DNA of 64,000 nucleotides, from positions 56,990,464-57,054,463 of the forward strand of contig NC_043011.1 of assembly GCF_006345805.1 (NCBI RefSeq), read 5' to 3'. Origin of the DNA: Octopus sinensis. Its lineage: Eukaryota. A program made the translations under genes and the position numbers. The notes below the pieces were generated by a model that was not told where the DNA came from, did no database searches, and was given only the letters and a program-made list of their open reading frames with translations. Shown here piece after piece: positions 63,591 to 64,000 of this stretch; within the stretch, counting starts at the first letter, position 1, and each line of letters begins with the position of its first letter.

Positions 63591-64000
63591 GTGAGTGTCT
63601 ATAAAAACCAACTTTAACTAATGTATTGTTGTTCCCTCCACTCGGGGCTATACAGATTAAGGTTTTCAAAGTGTTATTCATCATCATTTTAACGTCCAGT
63701 TTTCCATGTTTGCAAGGATATTGGAGTTTGTTGTGGCAGATTTTCTACAGCCAGACACTCTTTCTGTTACCTTGCATCCAGCCATGGAAATCCTGCCTCA
63801 ACAAATTCTATTTGACCCATGCCAGCATGGAAAAGTGGACATTGATCAATGATAATGATGTATTAATGAATTTTATGAATTTACTCAACTTGTCTGAACA
63901 TACATTTCCAAGGTTTAACTGAAGGTGATTCTGATAACATAGTAAAAGATCGAGAATTATCTTCTGTAAAATATTGGATTATGTTTGCTTAATGGAATAA

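Overview
AT-rich, microsatellite- and SINE-dense animal genomic DNA. The repeat families suggest an octopus or other coleoid cephalopod; this is inferred, not verified. Two spliced + strand genes can be rebuilt by hand. (1) An RFX7/RFX5-class winged-helix transcription factor with six phase-consistent exons (15078-42644; N-terminal exons not found). It has a U12-type minor intron inside the DNA-binding domain and a ~7 kb terminal coding exon. (2) The first four coding exons of THOC3/Tex1 (58131-63590, continuing beyond the window). The remainder is intron or intergenic DNA containing tRNA-derived SINEs, CR1, RTE, R4/Dong-like and Penelope-like fragments, a mariner remnant and MITEs. The most unusual object is a 509-bp palindromic insertion (52289-52797) with a 12-bp target-site duplication. 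Each of its arms carries a tRNA-like Pol III head followed by a degenerate minimal hammerhead-ribozyme motif. A second, better preserved hammerhead-like motif (1595-1630) lies in a terminal repeat linked by sequence to a Penelope GIY-YIG fragment. All coordinates were read by eye, and repeat boundaries are approximate.
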